Shown here piece by piece: positions 26,223 through 39,230 of a stretch of 64,000 nucleotides of DNA. The position numbers were made by a program, and so were the translations under genes. The DNA lies in contig NC_043002.1 of the NCBI RefSeq assembly GCF_006345805.1, positions 118,854,001-118,918,000 on the forward strand. The letters run 5' to 3'. Below the pieces are notes generated by a model. It was given only the letters and a program-made list of their open reading frames with translations, did no database searches and was not told the origin of the DNA. The stretch is from Octopus sinensis. Its lineage: Eukaryota. Position 1 is the first letter of the stretch. Every line of letters begins with the position of its first letter.

Positions 26223-26342
26223 CTGCTCAAGCGGAAACTGTTGTTGCTTCAAAATGTCCTTTTGGGGCCAAGGAAGATCCACCAAGCAGCCCAAAAGTGA
26301 GGGAAAATCTCCAACAAAATACAAAAGCTGCAACATCTCAAG
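26223..26342 (+). CDS. ALAS: ALAS coding exon 2 (HRM3 ASKCPF)
   Basis: tgttgtag acceptor, 120 nt open in phase 1 (AAQAETVVASKCPFGAK...ATSQ), donor g|gtttgt; SKCPF matches the third heme-regulatory motif of ALAS1. Confidence 0.88.
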
Positions 26343-26383
26343 GTTTGTTTATTGCTCTTTTTTTTCTTTTAATATTGATTCCT

Positions 26384-26415
<32 letters not shown>

Positions 26416-28029
26416 TTAGCGTCCGCTTTCCATGCTAGCATGGGTTGGACGGTTCGACTGGGGTCTGGGAAGCCAGAAGGCTGCATCAGGCCCAGTCTGA
26501 TCTGGCAGTGTTTCTACAGCTGGATGCCCTTCCTAACACCAACCACTCAATGAGTGTAGTGGGTGCTTTTTACGTGCCACCCGCACAGGTGCCAGACGGA
26601 GCTGGCAAATGGCCACGAACGGATGGTGCTTTTACGTGCCACCAGCACGGAGGCCAGTCGGGGCGGTGCTGGCAACGGCTACAATCGGATGGTTCGCTTA
26701 ACCACAGCTGCAATTTCCATTGATGTTGATCGACTTCGATTTTGGTTTTGCTTTCTGATATCTGATTTGATTTGGTTTGATTTTGATTTTGATTTTCCCC
26801 AAATATAAATATGCATGACTACTGTTAAAAGAATGCATCACAATGCAATAAATTCAAATATTACTGTTCCTTTCCTTGGAGAACACATCTCACTTTTTTG
26901 TGTAGAATTTCTATCAATCCCTTTTGTAATGGTTTGTATGAAGAGTGTTTGAATGCTTCCTTCAAATTCTCATCCAAACAGTTATTATTCCAAAGCGCAT
27001 TTGGGCATAATTTTCACATACATATAGACACAGGCATGGCTGTGTGGTAAGAAGTTTGCTTCTCAGCCATGTGGTTACAGGTTCAGTCCCACTGTTTGGC
27101 ACCTTAGGCAAGTATTTTCTACTGTAGCCTTGGGCTGACCAAAGCATTGTGAGTGGATTTGGTAGATGGAAACTGAAAGAAGCCCGTCATATATATATCC
27201 ATGTGTGTGTGTGCGTCTTTGTGTCTGTCTTCGTCTCCCACTACTGCTTGAAAACTGATGTTAGTATTATTACATCTCCATAACTTAGCAGTTTGACAAA
27301 AGAGACTGAAAGAATAAGTACCAACATTTTAAAAAGGTACTGGGGTTAATTCATGGCCACAGTCTAATGACTGAAACAAATGAAAGATAAAAATACTTTT
27401 TCAAAACTTAGGCAACATAAAATCTGAAAGTTAAATAGGCGCAGGAGTGGCTGTGTGGTAAGTAGCTTGTTTACCAACCACATGGTTCCTTGGGCAAGTG
27501 CCTTCTACTATAGCCTCGGGCCAACCAAAGCCTTGTGAGTGGATTTGGTAGACGGAAACTGAAAGAAGCCCGTCGTATATATCTATATATATATATGTAT
27601 GTGTGTGTCTGTGTTTGTCCCCCTAGCATTGCTTGGCAACCGATGCTGGTGTGTTTATGTCCCCGTCACTTAGCAGTTCGGCAAAAGAGACCGATAGAAT
27701 AAGTACTGGGCTTACAAAAGAATAAGTCTCAGGGTCGAGTTGCTCGACTAAAGGCGGTGCTCCAGCATGGCCGCAGTCAAAAGACTGAAACAAGTAAAAG
27801 AGTAAAAAGAGAGTATGATATATAATAGCTTGCTTAGTCTTGATTTTTAAGAATTTTGAGTTAAAAATTTAATGAAGTAATATAATTCCATTCTTACTTC
27901 ATGGTTGATTGATTAGTGATATAAGAAATTATTCCATATCAGAGAGCCTGTGTAGGCTATGGGTAGAACTCCAGCAAATAAACCATATTAAATCTATAGA
28001 GATAGAAAAATGAATGCAAAACAATAAGA

Positions 28030-28398
28030 CAATTATTAGAGATATAACTTTCCCTGAGTCCTTATTAAGAAAACCTCCTTTGGTCATGAACAACTATGGG
28101 ATTGCACCTAGAAAGTTCCCCTCTGCTGTACAAGTCCAAGCAAGGCTGTTTATGGAAGACCAACTGTCTCCCATGCATTCCAGCCTTCCCTCTCCATGCC
28201 ACTGATGTTATCCAAGGGAAAAGCAAAGGGGCCGATACAGCTTGGCACCACAACTCATTTCAACAGCTGAGTGAACTTGAGCAATGTGAAATAAAGCGAC
28301 TTGCTCAAGAACACAACACAGAGCCCAGTCCAGGAATCAAACTCACTACCTCGTAATTGTGAGTCAAATGCTCAAACCACTGAGCCATGCATCTTCAG
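28030..28398 (-). mobile_element. tRNA-derived SINE, older family
   Basis: Head TGAAGATGCATGGCTCAGTGG...GTTTGATTCC; a similarly headed element lies at about 21045-21345(+). Confidence 0.6.
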
Positions 28399-30930
28399 TC
28401 CTTGTTACATTCAAAATATACATGGTAATTTAGGTAAGAGACATGCTTGTTAAATTTGAAATTTACTAATGTTAAATGTATTTTTATTTGTGAAATTTGT
28501 TCTTGAATGTAGTTTTATGATGGTAACTGGTACATTAATGAGGGATTCACTACATGGTCATTCAATCTCCTAAAGATAGTCGCCAAAATTTCCTTAAACT
28601 GCACTTTACTATTTTTCTTAAAAGTAAAAGGAAGGACCATATTGGATAAAGCAGTCTTCTATATATTGTCTGAAAATCTGGGATTATCATGGCCAGAATA
28701 CTTTGATGGTAGATTTGCTTCATCAGCTGACAAAAGTCCAAACAAAAAAACAACAGAAATTTCATTCTTCAACTGCTTATCCATGTTGTAACATTGAAAA
28801 TAGAATAATAGGTCATCCAATTACCATTCTCCTGTATTAATTACTTTGTTAAGCCAGCTTTAAGTCAGTGACTTTTGTTTTATCGTACACAAGTGTGATA
28901 AACAGAATCATTATGAGCTTATGAGGGGTCTTCAATGTGGCCACTCAATCTACAAGAAATAGCAATCAAATCTTCCTCATATTCTGTCTTACAAACAGAA
29001 AGGATTATTGTGATAATGAAACAAGGGGTTTAGTCCTTACTGCCAAAATTACTTTCCCTTGCATTTTCTCTCTTTTTCAGTATTGAATTAAAAGAGAAAG
29101 TCTGTTGTTACCAACAAAGTTAGAACTTTAGTTACTTGATCCGTCGTTAAGCCAGGATTTTAATTTCATTTGAAACGCAATTTGCTATCATTTATATGGA
29201 GAATTGCAAACATGGCATATAAAGATGACTTATTTTAATAGAAATTTTAGGAGTACATTTCCATAAATGTTTTTCTTGTGCACCAACACTCCCACACACA
29301 CACACATACCTGCACATAAATGCACGCGGATACACATGGGCAAAGTCCCATTTTGGAAGTATTATTCTTCTACTTGTTTCAGTCATTTGACTGCAGCCAT
29401 GCTGGAGCCCCACCTTTAGTTGAACAAATCAACCCCAGGACTTTTTTCTTTGTAAGCCCAGTACTTATTCTATCAGTCCCTTTTACCAAACTGCTAAGTT
29501 ACGGAGACATAAACATACCAACATCAGTTGTTTAGCAATGGTGGGGGGACAAACATACAAATACATGTGTGTGTGTGATATATAACAGGCTTCTTTCAGT
29601 TTCCTTCTACCAAATCCACTCACAAGGCTTTGGTTGGCCTGAAGCTATAGTGGAAGACACTTGCCCAATGTGCCACACAGTGGAACTGAACCTGTAACCA
29701 TGTGGTTGGGAACCAAGCTTCTTAGCACACAGCCACTCCTGCACCTATTAAATTTTTTTTTTTTTCGTCTTGAATTTATATCTAAGCAAGAATATACTGC
29801 AGAAAAATGTTATACTTGGTGTTGGTTAATATTTATGTATATTCAGAATGGATTTCTTGGTTGTTGATCTTCACTCTTTAAATATTTGTTTCAATTTTGG
29901 CGGAGGGTGTAAGTTGATTACATCAACCCCAGTGTTCAACTGGTACTTATTTTATCGACCCTGAAAGGATGAAAGGCAAAGTCAACTTTGGCAGAATTTG
30001 AACTGGGAACGTAAAGACTGACAAAATGTCTCTAAGCATTTTGTGTTGCATGCTAATGATTCTGCCAGCTTGGCACCTTCTTTATTCTTTAAATTTTAAT
30101 TCACATCATCATTTCACATGAAAGAAAATTATTTTTATAAAACTTCTTTTTCTCTTTAAATAATTCTGTATTTACTTTTCTATGGTAGATCTGCAGATTT
30201 TAAAATATAGAGGAATTTTTGTAGCATAAGTTGTTTATTGTAGTAAAAGTATAAAGTTGTGTGTTTGTTTATCATGAGAATAAAATATAGCTAATATTTC
30301 TTGAGAGAAGGAAGGAATCTGCCTAAAATGTTAAATATTTTCTCTCTTTACAGCAATGTAACCTACTTTCCTTATTTACTTTTATTATATTGACTCTTGC
30401 CAAAGCAGACTATTTTTTATACAGTTACGTACTTTTCCAAACAAGAAACTGCTGTTTCAACATACACTACCACCTTTCTTTTAAGAGCTTGGAGACTGCA
30501 GAGTATTGGGCCACCTCTTTAGACACAGTAATCACTGTTGCAGGTTTTCAGTATGTGAAACATGAATTATTGATTAAGAGAGAAGAAAAAAGATATTTAA
30601 CCTTTTCAATAACAAACCACTTTGGGCAACCTCTTCTATAATACAAAACTCCTTTTTTTCAAGTGTTTCTGTTTAATTTAAAACCTTTCATAAAATTGTA
30701 ACTTTATGCAGTACAAAACTGTCCTTTTTTAAGTGTTTCTGTTTAAATTAGAACATTTCATAAAATTATAATTTTATGCAAGAATCCTATGTTATGTTCT
30801 GGTCACTAACTTAATAACGTCAAGTTTATTTTACTAAATTACTGCAGTTTTTTTAATTTTCAAAATTAACTGAAGCACATAGACTGTATTTCATTGGGTC
30901 ACTAAAGGTTGAATTTATAGAAGAAACATA

Positions 30931-31334
30931 ACTCTTTACTCTTTTACTTGTTTCAGTCATTTGACTGCAGCCATGCTGGAGCACCGCCTTTAGTCGAGCA
31001 AATCGACCCTGGGACTTATTCTTTGTAAGCCCAGTACTTATTCTATTGGTCTCTTTTGCCGAACCGCTAAGTGACGGGGACGTAAACACACCAGCATCGG
31101 TTGTCAAGCAATGCTGGGGGGACAAACACAGACACACAAACACACACACATACATATATATACATATATACGACAGGCTTCTTTCAGTTTCCGTCTACCA
31201 GATCCACTCACAAGACATTGGTCGGCCCGGGGCTATAGCAGAAGACACTTGCCCAAGATGCCACGCAGTGGGACTGAACCCGGAACCATGTGGTTGGTTA
31301 GCAAGCTACTTACCACACAGCCACTCCTGCGCCT
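30931..31334 (-). mobile_element. SINE family A, minus-strand example
   Basis: Reverse complement of the above. Other - copies at about 2971-3383, 24991-25387, 29365-29746, 44196-44540, 50676-51053. Confidence 0.92.
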
Positions 31335-32439
31335 ATCTGTCACTTTTTAAAGATGTTTTCAGTTGTTTTAAACTGTTGTATTATTTGGTTTCATCAATAT
31401 TTGATGGCATTTTGTTTTTGGTTAACAAGCTTTAATTAACCATGATGTGACCTATTATGTTTTGGTAAGCTTCCCATATAAAATTTATAGCCTTCCCTAT
31501 CACATGATTCTAGGTTCAGTCCCACTGCATGGCACCTTGGGCACGTGTCTTCTACTATAGCCCCAGGCCAAACAAGGTCTTGTGAGTGGATTTGTTAGAC
31601 AGAAACTGAAAGAAGCTAATCGTGTGTGTGTGTGTGTTACCACTGTTTGACAACTGGTGATGGTGTGTTTACGTCCTCTGTAATCTAGCAGTTCAGCAAA
31701 AGAGTCACATTACTTTATGGTGAAGTGGATTTAGACAGTCACTATGTAGAACTTGATAAAACAAATACCAGTCTGAAATATTGGCAGCTCTTTAATAACA
31801 ACACAGTGAACGAAAATATATATATATATATATTTACAGAGACGTGCTTGCATAGCAAGTGACCTGATCCGAGATCGTGTCCTGTTCACTGACAAAATTC
31901 CGTGCTGCACATTATTTTGTTGGTCAATAGGTCACAGTCTCAAAGCGATGAAAATATTTTGGCAAATTAAATTTAAATGTTGAAGTGAATCTAACACTTT
32001 TTGTGTGTTTCTTGAATGGCTTATAAACACCTTCCACGCAGCAATTGTATTATATATATATATATATATATATATGTAGGTGCGGGCATGGCTGTGTGGT
32101 TAGGGAGCTTGCTTCCTAGCTACATGGTTTCGGGTTCAGTCCCACTGTGTGGCACTTTGGGTAGGTGTCTTCCACTATAGCCCCGAGCCGACCGGAGCTT
32201 TGTGATTGAATTCGGTAGGTGGAAGTTACTGCCGTGTGTGTATGTGTGCGTATAGCTGCTCAGTGCCTCTCCAAAAGAGAGAGAGAGGGAAAGAGTTGTG
32301 GTCATTTAATGTCCATATTTTTTTTCCTGCTAGTAGGGGTTAAACAGGTTATTTGAGGCAGGATTTTACAGCAAGATTATTTTCCTATCTCCAACACTTG
32401 TCTATTTCTCAAGTAAAGGATTTTTTTATTCCAACATGC

Positions 32440-32458
32440 ACACACCACACACGCACAA

Positions 32459-32499
<41 letters not shown>

Positions 32500-32508
32500 C
32501 ACGCACAA

Positions 32509-32593
<85 letters not shown>

Positions 32594-32613
32594 AACACAC
32601 ACACACACACACA
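32440..32613. repeat. (CA)n microsatellite
   Basis: Seen directly. Confidence 0.97.
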
Positions 32614-32824
32614 AGCCTATATTTGTTAAGGTTTATGTGTGTAAAATACAATATCCTCTATTTATCGTTGCATGGAAATACATGGAGTCTGTTGTTTAAG
32701 GGAATATATTCACAGCACACATACACACCATTAAATTCACACTTACACACAAGTCTCTGAATGGACACAAATGATCCTTAGTAGTTATGAAAAATACATC
32801 TCTTTTACCTTCCTTGGTTATTAG

Positions 32825-33210
32825 GAAGGAGGAAGCACTCCGTCGGTTATGACGACAAGGGTTCCGGTTGATCCGATCAACGGAACAGCCTGCTCGTGAA
32901 ATTAACGTGTAAGTGGCTGAGCACTCCACAGACATGTGTACCCTTACCGTAGTTCTTGGGGATATTCAGCGTGACACAGAGAGTGACAAGGCCGGCCCCT
33001 TGAAATACAGGTACAACAGAAACAGGAAGTAAGAGTGAGAGAAAGTTGTGGTGAAAGAGTACAGCAGGGATCACCACCATCCCTACCGGAGCCTCGTGGA
33101 GCTTTAGGTGTTTTCGCTCAATAAACACTCACAACGCCCGGTCTGGGAATCGAAACCGCGATCCTACGACAGCGAATCCGCTGCCCTAACCACTGGGCCA
33201 TTGCGCCTCC
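32825..33210 (-). mobile_element. SINE family R, second copy
   Basis: Reverse complement of 55951-56336. Confidence 0.85.
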
Positions 33211-33412
33211 ACTCCTTGGTTATTACTAGTATCTGTGCAATAACCTCTATGAAAACCTTGTGTAAATGACTACCACTTCCACCACCAGTGCCATCACCCC
33301 CACACAAACACATACACATAAATTCTGACAATTTTATTGTAAATTCGTTTGATATAATGAATTTTTTTCCTTTCATTATTGTTGATTTGTTGACTTTGCT
33401 TTTGCTTTTCAG

Positions 33413-33574
33413 TTTCTTCTGAGAACAATGCTATTGCAGAGCCACCTAAAGCTGGAACCTTGCAGCATTCAAATGCTGCGGTCCTTAGGAAGGATGCACT
33501 TTCTAACTCTGGATTGATTAACAAGACCGTGTTAAGCCCTCCAATGTTATCTGCTGCACCTCTTCAGCCAGTGA
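33413..33574 (+). CDS. ALAS: ALAS coding exon 3 (variable linker)
   Basis: Long pyrimidine tract plus ttttcag; 162 nt open (VSSENNAIAEPP...APLQPV); donor A|gtaagt at 33575 keeps the frame with exon 4. No conserved motif, so supported by splice signals and phase only. Confidence 0.75.
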
Positions 33575-33847
33575 GTAAGTTCTGTCTTAGTACAGTAGCT
33601 GGAGTGAAAATCCAAGAAAGGGATCAACCTAATGGCAATGATGGGTCATCACTTGGTAAGAATCAGACATTTTCATTAAAAAATTTTGTATTGGAACTCT
33701 AGAACTACAAGCATTTGGATACCTTATTACTATTTGTCTGTTTCTTTGATTGATAACACCAACACATTGTAATGTGTCCATAGCTGAGAGGTTTCACTGT
33801 CAATGATTCAATTTGTTTACTCATAGATAGGTACCAAAGACTAACAC

Positions 33848-33848
33848 A

Positions 33849-33919
<71 letters not shown>
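33848..33919. repeat. (TC)n microsatellite
   Basis: Seen directly. Confidence 0.97.
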
Positions 33920-33921
<2 letters not shown>

Positions 33922-34304
33922 TTGTAATGTGTTCCTATCTGATAGGTTTGACTGTCAATGACTCAGTTTGTTTAGTCATAGAGAGGTACCAAAGAGAGTA
34001 CTGCAGCGAGGTCTCTCTCGTAAGCAATTGAAGCATTGTAATTTTGACAACTGTTTAATTCTGTGGATATAACATAAAGAGGAGCATCTCCTGGAAACAG
34101 ATAGCAATACACTGATAGTATATAGTTCTGTTGTTTTAATTCTCTCTCACTTTACTGAATTTTAAATTTCATTCTTAATGGGTTAATAAAACATATATCT
34201 GTGTTACTGAATATCAGCAGTTGGGTAAAAACTGATGGAATGATTTGATCTGGCAGTCAGGTACATTGCAGCTTTTCTCCCAAATATTATTAAGAACAAG
34301 TCAG

Positions 34305-34858
34305 TCATCATCATCATTGTTCGACCGTGGTCGAGACAATGGAATTCACCATGCTACGCCAGACTTCACGGTCCATCATGGCATTACGGAGGTCCTGTTG
34401 CTGGATGCCTGTATCCCTGGAGATTACATCAGGGTAGGAGAGTGTGCGCCCTCTGGTATTGCAAGTTGATGGCTTCCAGAGGAGAAGAGTAGAAATTACC
34501 TCTTTTTCAGCTCTACAACAATGTCCAGCAAACTGGACTCTCCTACCTTTCACAAGAGATGACACAGGTGGTAATTTCCCATATATTTGCATTTTGGTTG
34601 GATGGCGCTTCCACAAGAGATTTTGAGCTCTCATAAGGAGGCGAGTGTAGGTTCCATCCAACCGCCTCTCAAGCTTCTTTGATAACATCCAGGTTTCTGA
34701 GCCATATAGTAGAATTGGTTCGACTGTGGCTTTGAAGATTTCAAGTTTGAAGTCTCTACTTAGATTTGATGACCAGATCTTATGCATGTCATTACAGGCT
34801 GACCAGGCCATACCCTTTCTAGTTAGAAAGTCTTTTCCAGATGATGATATGTATGACC
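34305..34858 (-). mobile_element. Second 5'-truncated copy of the same RTE LINE
   Basis: Nearly identical DNA and protein to 14996-15617; (TGA)n tail. Confidence 0.9.
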
Positions 34859-34951
34859 TCAGTCAAACCGTCCAACCCATGCCAGCATGGAAAACGGACG
34901 TTAAACGATGATGATGATGATGATGATGAAATCTTTATTTGTTACTTTCAG

Positions 34952-35174
34952 GAAAATCTCAATTCTTTGATTATGAGAGGTTTTTTGAGCAGCAAATTGA
35001 AAAGAAGAAACAAAACCACTCCTATCGAGTTTTTAAAAAGGTCTTAAGAAAAGGAGAAGATTTTCCGTTTGCTGAAGAACATCATGATCTGAAGCAGAAG
35101 AAGGATATCACAGTATGGTGTAGTAATGATTATGTTGGAATGAGTTGGCACCCTGTTGTAAAGAAAGCAGTTCG
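34952..35174 (+). CDS. ALAS: ALAS coding exon 4 (start of catalytic core)
   Basis: KSQFFDYERFFEQQIEKKKQNHSYRVFKKV...VWCSNDYVGMSWHP; ctttcag acceptor, cg|gtcagt donor (phase 2). Confidence 0.96.
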
Positions 35175-36725
35175 GTCAGTATTAACTTTCTCAATGTTGG
35201 TTAAATTAATTTTCTTTCTTTTTTTTTTTTGTCCTTTTTAATTTTTAGTCAGCTCAGTAGTCTACATCAATATATTAACATTGACATTACACTAAAAAGA
35301 AACAAAAACATTAAATTACTAACAGTGTCACACATTGAAGTTGCTTTAAAAATATCAATTATTCTATCTTAGAATTGAGTGGAACAGTGGTGGGGGTACA
35401 CGTGCACTGCAGTGGCAGCTGGCTGGCTTGGTAAAAAGGTTAGGTTAAAACGTTATCCTGTTAGTGGTGTTGTGCCTTATTTTTGGCCAAGGCACCTAAC
35501 TTTCAAATGACTTTATCCATGTCACTATCAGTCAGTGCCATAAGCAACTACATGAAGAAAAAGTCTGGAACTTAACACATAGGCGCAGGAGTGGTTGTGT
35601 GGTAAGTAGCTTGCTTACCAACCACATGGTTCTGGGTTCAGTTCCACTGTGTGGCATGTTGGGCAAGTGTCTTCTACTATAGCCTCGGGCCGACCAAAGC
35701 CTTGTGAGTGGATTTGGTAGACGGAAACTGAAAGAAGCCCATCGTATATATGTATATATATATATATATATATATGTGTGATTGTGTGTCTGTGTTTGTC
35801 CCCCTAGCATTGCTTGACAACCGATGCTGGTGTGTTTACGTCGCCATCACTTAGTGGTTCGGCAAAAGAGACCGATAGAATAAGTACTGGGCTTACAAAG
35901 AATAAGTCCCGGGGTCGATTTGCTCGACTAAAGGCGGTGCTCCAGCATGGCCGCAGTCAAATGACTGAAACAAGTAAAAGAGTAAAGAGTATATGCATAT
36001 TAATGTGTGTATGGGATTCTTAGAAGCTAACTACCACTGACAGGTTTTTCAAAGTATTTATACCATTTTATTTACGTCTGGATCAGGTTGATCTAGAAAT
36101 ATAGAAGAAACTTTTTTTTATGCTAATAAAATGTGGTTTGCTTGAAGCATTGTATATATGTGACACTGAAAGAGTTGGAAGGCAAAATGCACTGTTATTG
36201 TTGTTATTTTATGTGTCCAGTATTTCGGGACCTAAAAGTCCCTTCATTGGGGTTTAAGGTTTATGTTATTTTTTTTCACCAAGATTCTCTTTTTGACCCC
36301 TAGCCATTTCTTCATGAAAATTTGACATGTACCTGTGCCTTTGCTTGATGGACTAAATTTTGTAGATTATTATATCTTGACCAAAGACATATATTATTTG
36401 TGGTTGAGTTTTAAACCTGTGATCAGCTTCTCCACTCAGTCCTTACCAATTTATCTTATTAAGGTATATGAACAAATTGTTTATGAAATGCAATAAATAT
36501 ATTTTTTTTTATAGTTAATCTAATTCAATTACTTGATTGTACCCATGACTACTTCAGCAAGCTGTTATTCAATATCATAAACATATTGGGAGTTTAACCC
36601 AGCAATATACTGTAGAGTAATAAAGCACCTGTTTACAGATAAGAGCTATACCTTTTGGACTAAGCTAGCAAGAATTATGTGTCTTTGTTCAGAGACACAT
36701 CACAACACAACTCAACAAAGAGAAA

Positions 36726-36855
36726 TCTTTATATATAAAATTCAAGTTGTGTGTCTGTCTCCTACGATTTAGATTCCTAACTACTCCCACATTTTGCAGT
36801 GCAATTTAACCAAAACCGGATATCTTATAGTCGTGATTCATATCGAGCCCTTCTG
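36726..36855 (+). mobile_element. Helitron 5' fragment fused to a SINE
   Basis: A|TCTTTATATATAAAA...CGAGCCCTTCTG, then switches to the SINE family A head. Confidence 0.7.
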
Positions 36856-37220
36856 TGGCTGTGTGGTAAGTAGCTTGTTTACCAACCACATGGTTCCGGG
36901 TTCAGTCCCACTGCGTGGCACCTTGGGCAAGTGTCTTCTACTATAGCCTCGGGCCGACCAATGCCTTGTAAGTGGATTTGGTAGATGGAAACTGAAAGAA
37001 GCCCGTCGTATATATGTATATATATATATGCATTTGTGTGATTGTGTTTGTCCCCCTAGAATAAGTCCCGGGGTCGAGTTGCTCGATTAAAGGCAGTGCT
37101 CCAGCATGGCCACTGTCAAATGACTGAAACAAGTAAAAGAGAGTAATATATAACGTTACTACTTACTATTGTCAAAGGTGCTCTATGATTTCATTTTGTA
37201 TTTAATTTTGTATCTTTCAG

Positions 37221-37405
37221 AGAAGCTTTGGAAAAACATGGTGCTGGGGCAGGTGGTACTCGTAATATCTCTGGTAATTCTCCATTGCATGAGTTACTAG
37301 AGAAAGAGATTGCTTCTCTCCACAATAAAGAAGCTGCCTTACTGTTTACATCCTGTTATGTAGCAAATGACTCAACACTTTGTACCTTAGGCAAGCATTT
37401 ACCAG
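37221..37405 (+). CDS. ALAS: ALAS coding exon 5
   Basis: [18 protein letters not shown]...[13 protein letters not shown]; tctttcag acceptor, g|gtaaat donor. Confidence 0.97.
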
Positions 37406-37459
37406 GTAAATTTGTGACTCCTATTTTTTCATACTTTACTGTACTTTCTTGTATATTAA

Positions 37460-37680
37460 CCCTTTCATTACTGTATTTATTTTGAGATTCTCTGATTTTC
37501 TCTCAAATATTTTAAATATAACAAAGAATTTAGTAAAATAACTTAGTTATCATTAAGTTAGTGTTAGGAACATTAATTGTGACTAAGGTTTGGTAGAATA
37601 TTTTAATTCAAAACTTATGAAAACAAGACATTTGTACTACAGAGCTAGGGCTGGTTTCAGCCGGGTTAGTAACGAAAGGG
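37460..37680. mobile_element. piggyBac-like MITE family 1
   Basis: TTAA|CCCTTTCATTAC...GTAACGAAAGGG|TTAA, 54 nt after the ALAS exon 5 donor. Confidence 0.8.
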
Positions 37681-38934
37681 TTAAATAAATGAGAGGTAGT
37701 CAATGTAGACTGAAAATTAAACCTTTTCTGAATATTCAGACTCAGTTTTCATAACCTTAAACAGATGAGATACATCTATCTATAGGGAGGGTACTGGTCT
37801 ATCACAAGTAACTTTTCTTATGCAACACATTTAATTCAGTACTGTAAGCCAGCAAAATAGTAAACTCCATTGGACTATTGCCAACACTTGTGAATTATAC
37901 CATCCTGTGATATTCATTTAGGACTCTGTTGATTTAGATGTGATCTTAACATATTTGCCATGGACACAACGCAGTACTGGTGACACAATCTCAAAGTGTT
38001 ATGCCATTGGTTAGTTTTCTAGTTTCCTTATTGACTTGGCTAACTTTTTATAGAAACTCAAATGAATAAAACACAATATCCAAAGATATGGTATTTGAGG
38101 TTGTGTATACTTTCTAAACTAATGTTGAAATTGTAAAATTATCATCATCATGACCATCTTTACATCTTATCCTGTAAGCAAGTATCTAACAATCAAAATT
38201 ATGTGTTCTGCAAAGAAATTGTTGTTCTTATTCAAATAGAGATAGATCTCACTATCTCTATATTCTGTCCAAACCCTGTGCTTTTTCCTCTCAAAACTTT
38301 TCCAAGAAGAATTTTTGAGACATTGATTATGTTTATTTGATGCCAAGAAATGAGTAAATATCTTTGTATCATAAAAAATTTCAAAAATGTAAGTGGCAGT
38401 TGTCATTAGAAATTACTTCAGTTACTGACAGAGGCAGGTGCAATATTTACATGTTATTTTAGTTATCAGTAGTTGTGATAATATATATCAGGTATGGTGA
38501 AGGTGCAAGCATGGCTGTATGCTAAGAAGGTTTCCTTCCTCATCACATAGTTCTGGGTTCAGTCCTACTGCATGGCACCTTAGGCAAGTGACGTCTACTA
38601 TAGCTCCAGACCAACCAAATTCTTGTCGATGGATCTGGTAGACAGAAGCTGAAAGAAGCCTCTCATGTGTGTGTGCTTATATCTTCTTGTTTTGACATTG
38701 CATGATAGATATAAATGGTTATCTTTGTCATACAAGCTGTATCGTTCATTTTCATTATTCTGCTGCCTGTGGAAAAATATATTACTTTGCTTGGAATCAG
38801 GTGAGGGTTGGCAACTGGAAATGATATCTGGCCATAAAAAAATTCTGCCTTAATAAACACCATCTAACCCATGCAAACATGGAAGAGTAGATGTTAAGAT
38901 GATGGTAATGTTCATATATATATATATATATATG

Positions 38935-38986
<52 letters not shown>

Positions 38987-39196
38987 ACACAAAGTTACTT
39001 TTAGCTATTGGTAGTTGTAGGTGTGATGTTTGTGATTGATTTCAGGTATTGGAATGATAATAATGCAGGTGATATATGTGTGTGTGTGTGTGTGTGTATA
39101 TATATAGTTGAAATTTACAGAAAAACAAAAGTCGAAGACAGGTGTATAAACAACAAGCAGGTGTATTAGTTTGATGCTCGGGAAGGTGAGAAAGTA

Positions 39197-39230
39197 TTTT
39201 ACGTTTCGAGCCTATGCTCTTCAACAGAAA
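39197..39230 (-). ncRNA. Minimal hammerhead-like motif (core CUGUUGA) in a pLTR-like fragment (about 39110-39290)
   Basis: ttt-CTGTTGA-a-gagc atag gctc-GAAAC-GTA|aaa; all three stems form, but conserved A6 is replaced by U. Confidence 0.55.

Noticed and set aside
31750-31795. TTGATAA...GAAATATT as a hammerhead relic
   Set aside because: Two core changes and no convincing stems.
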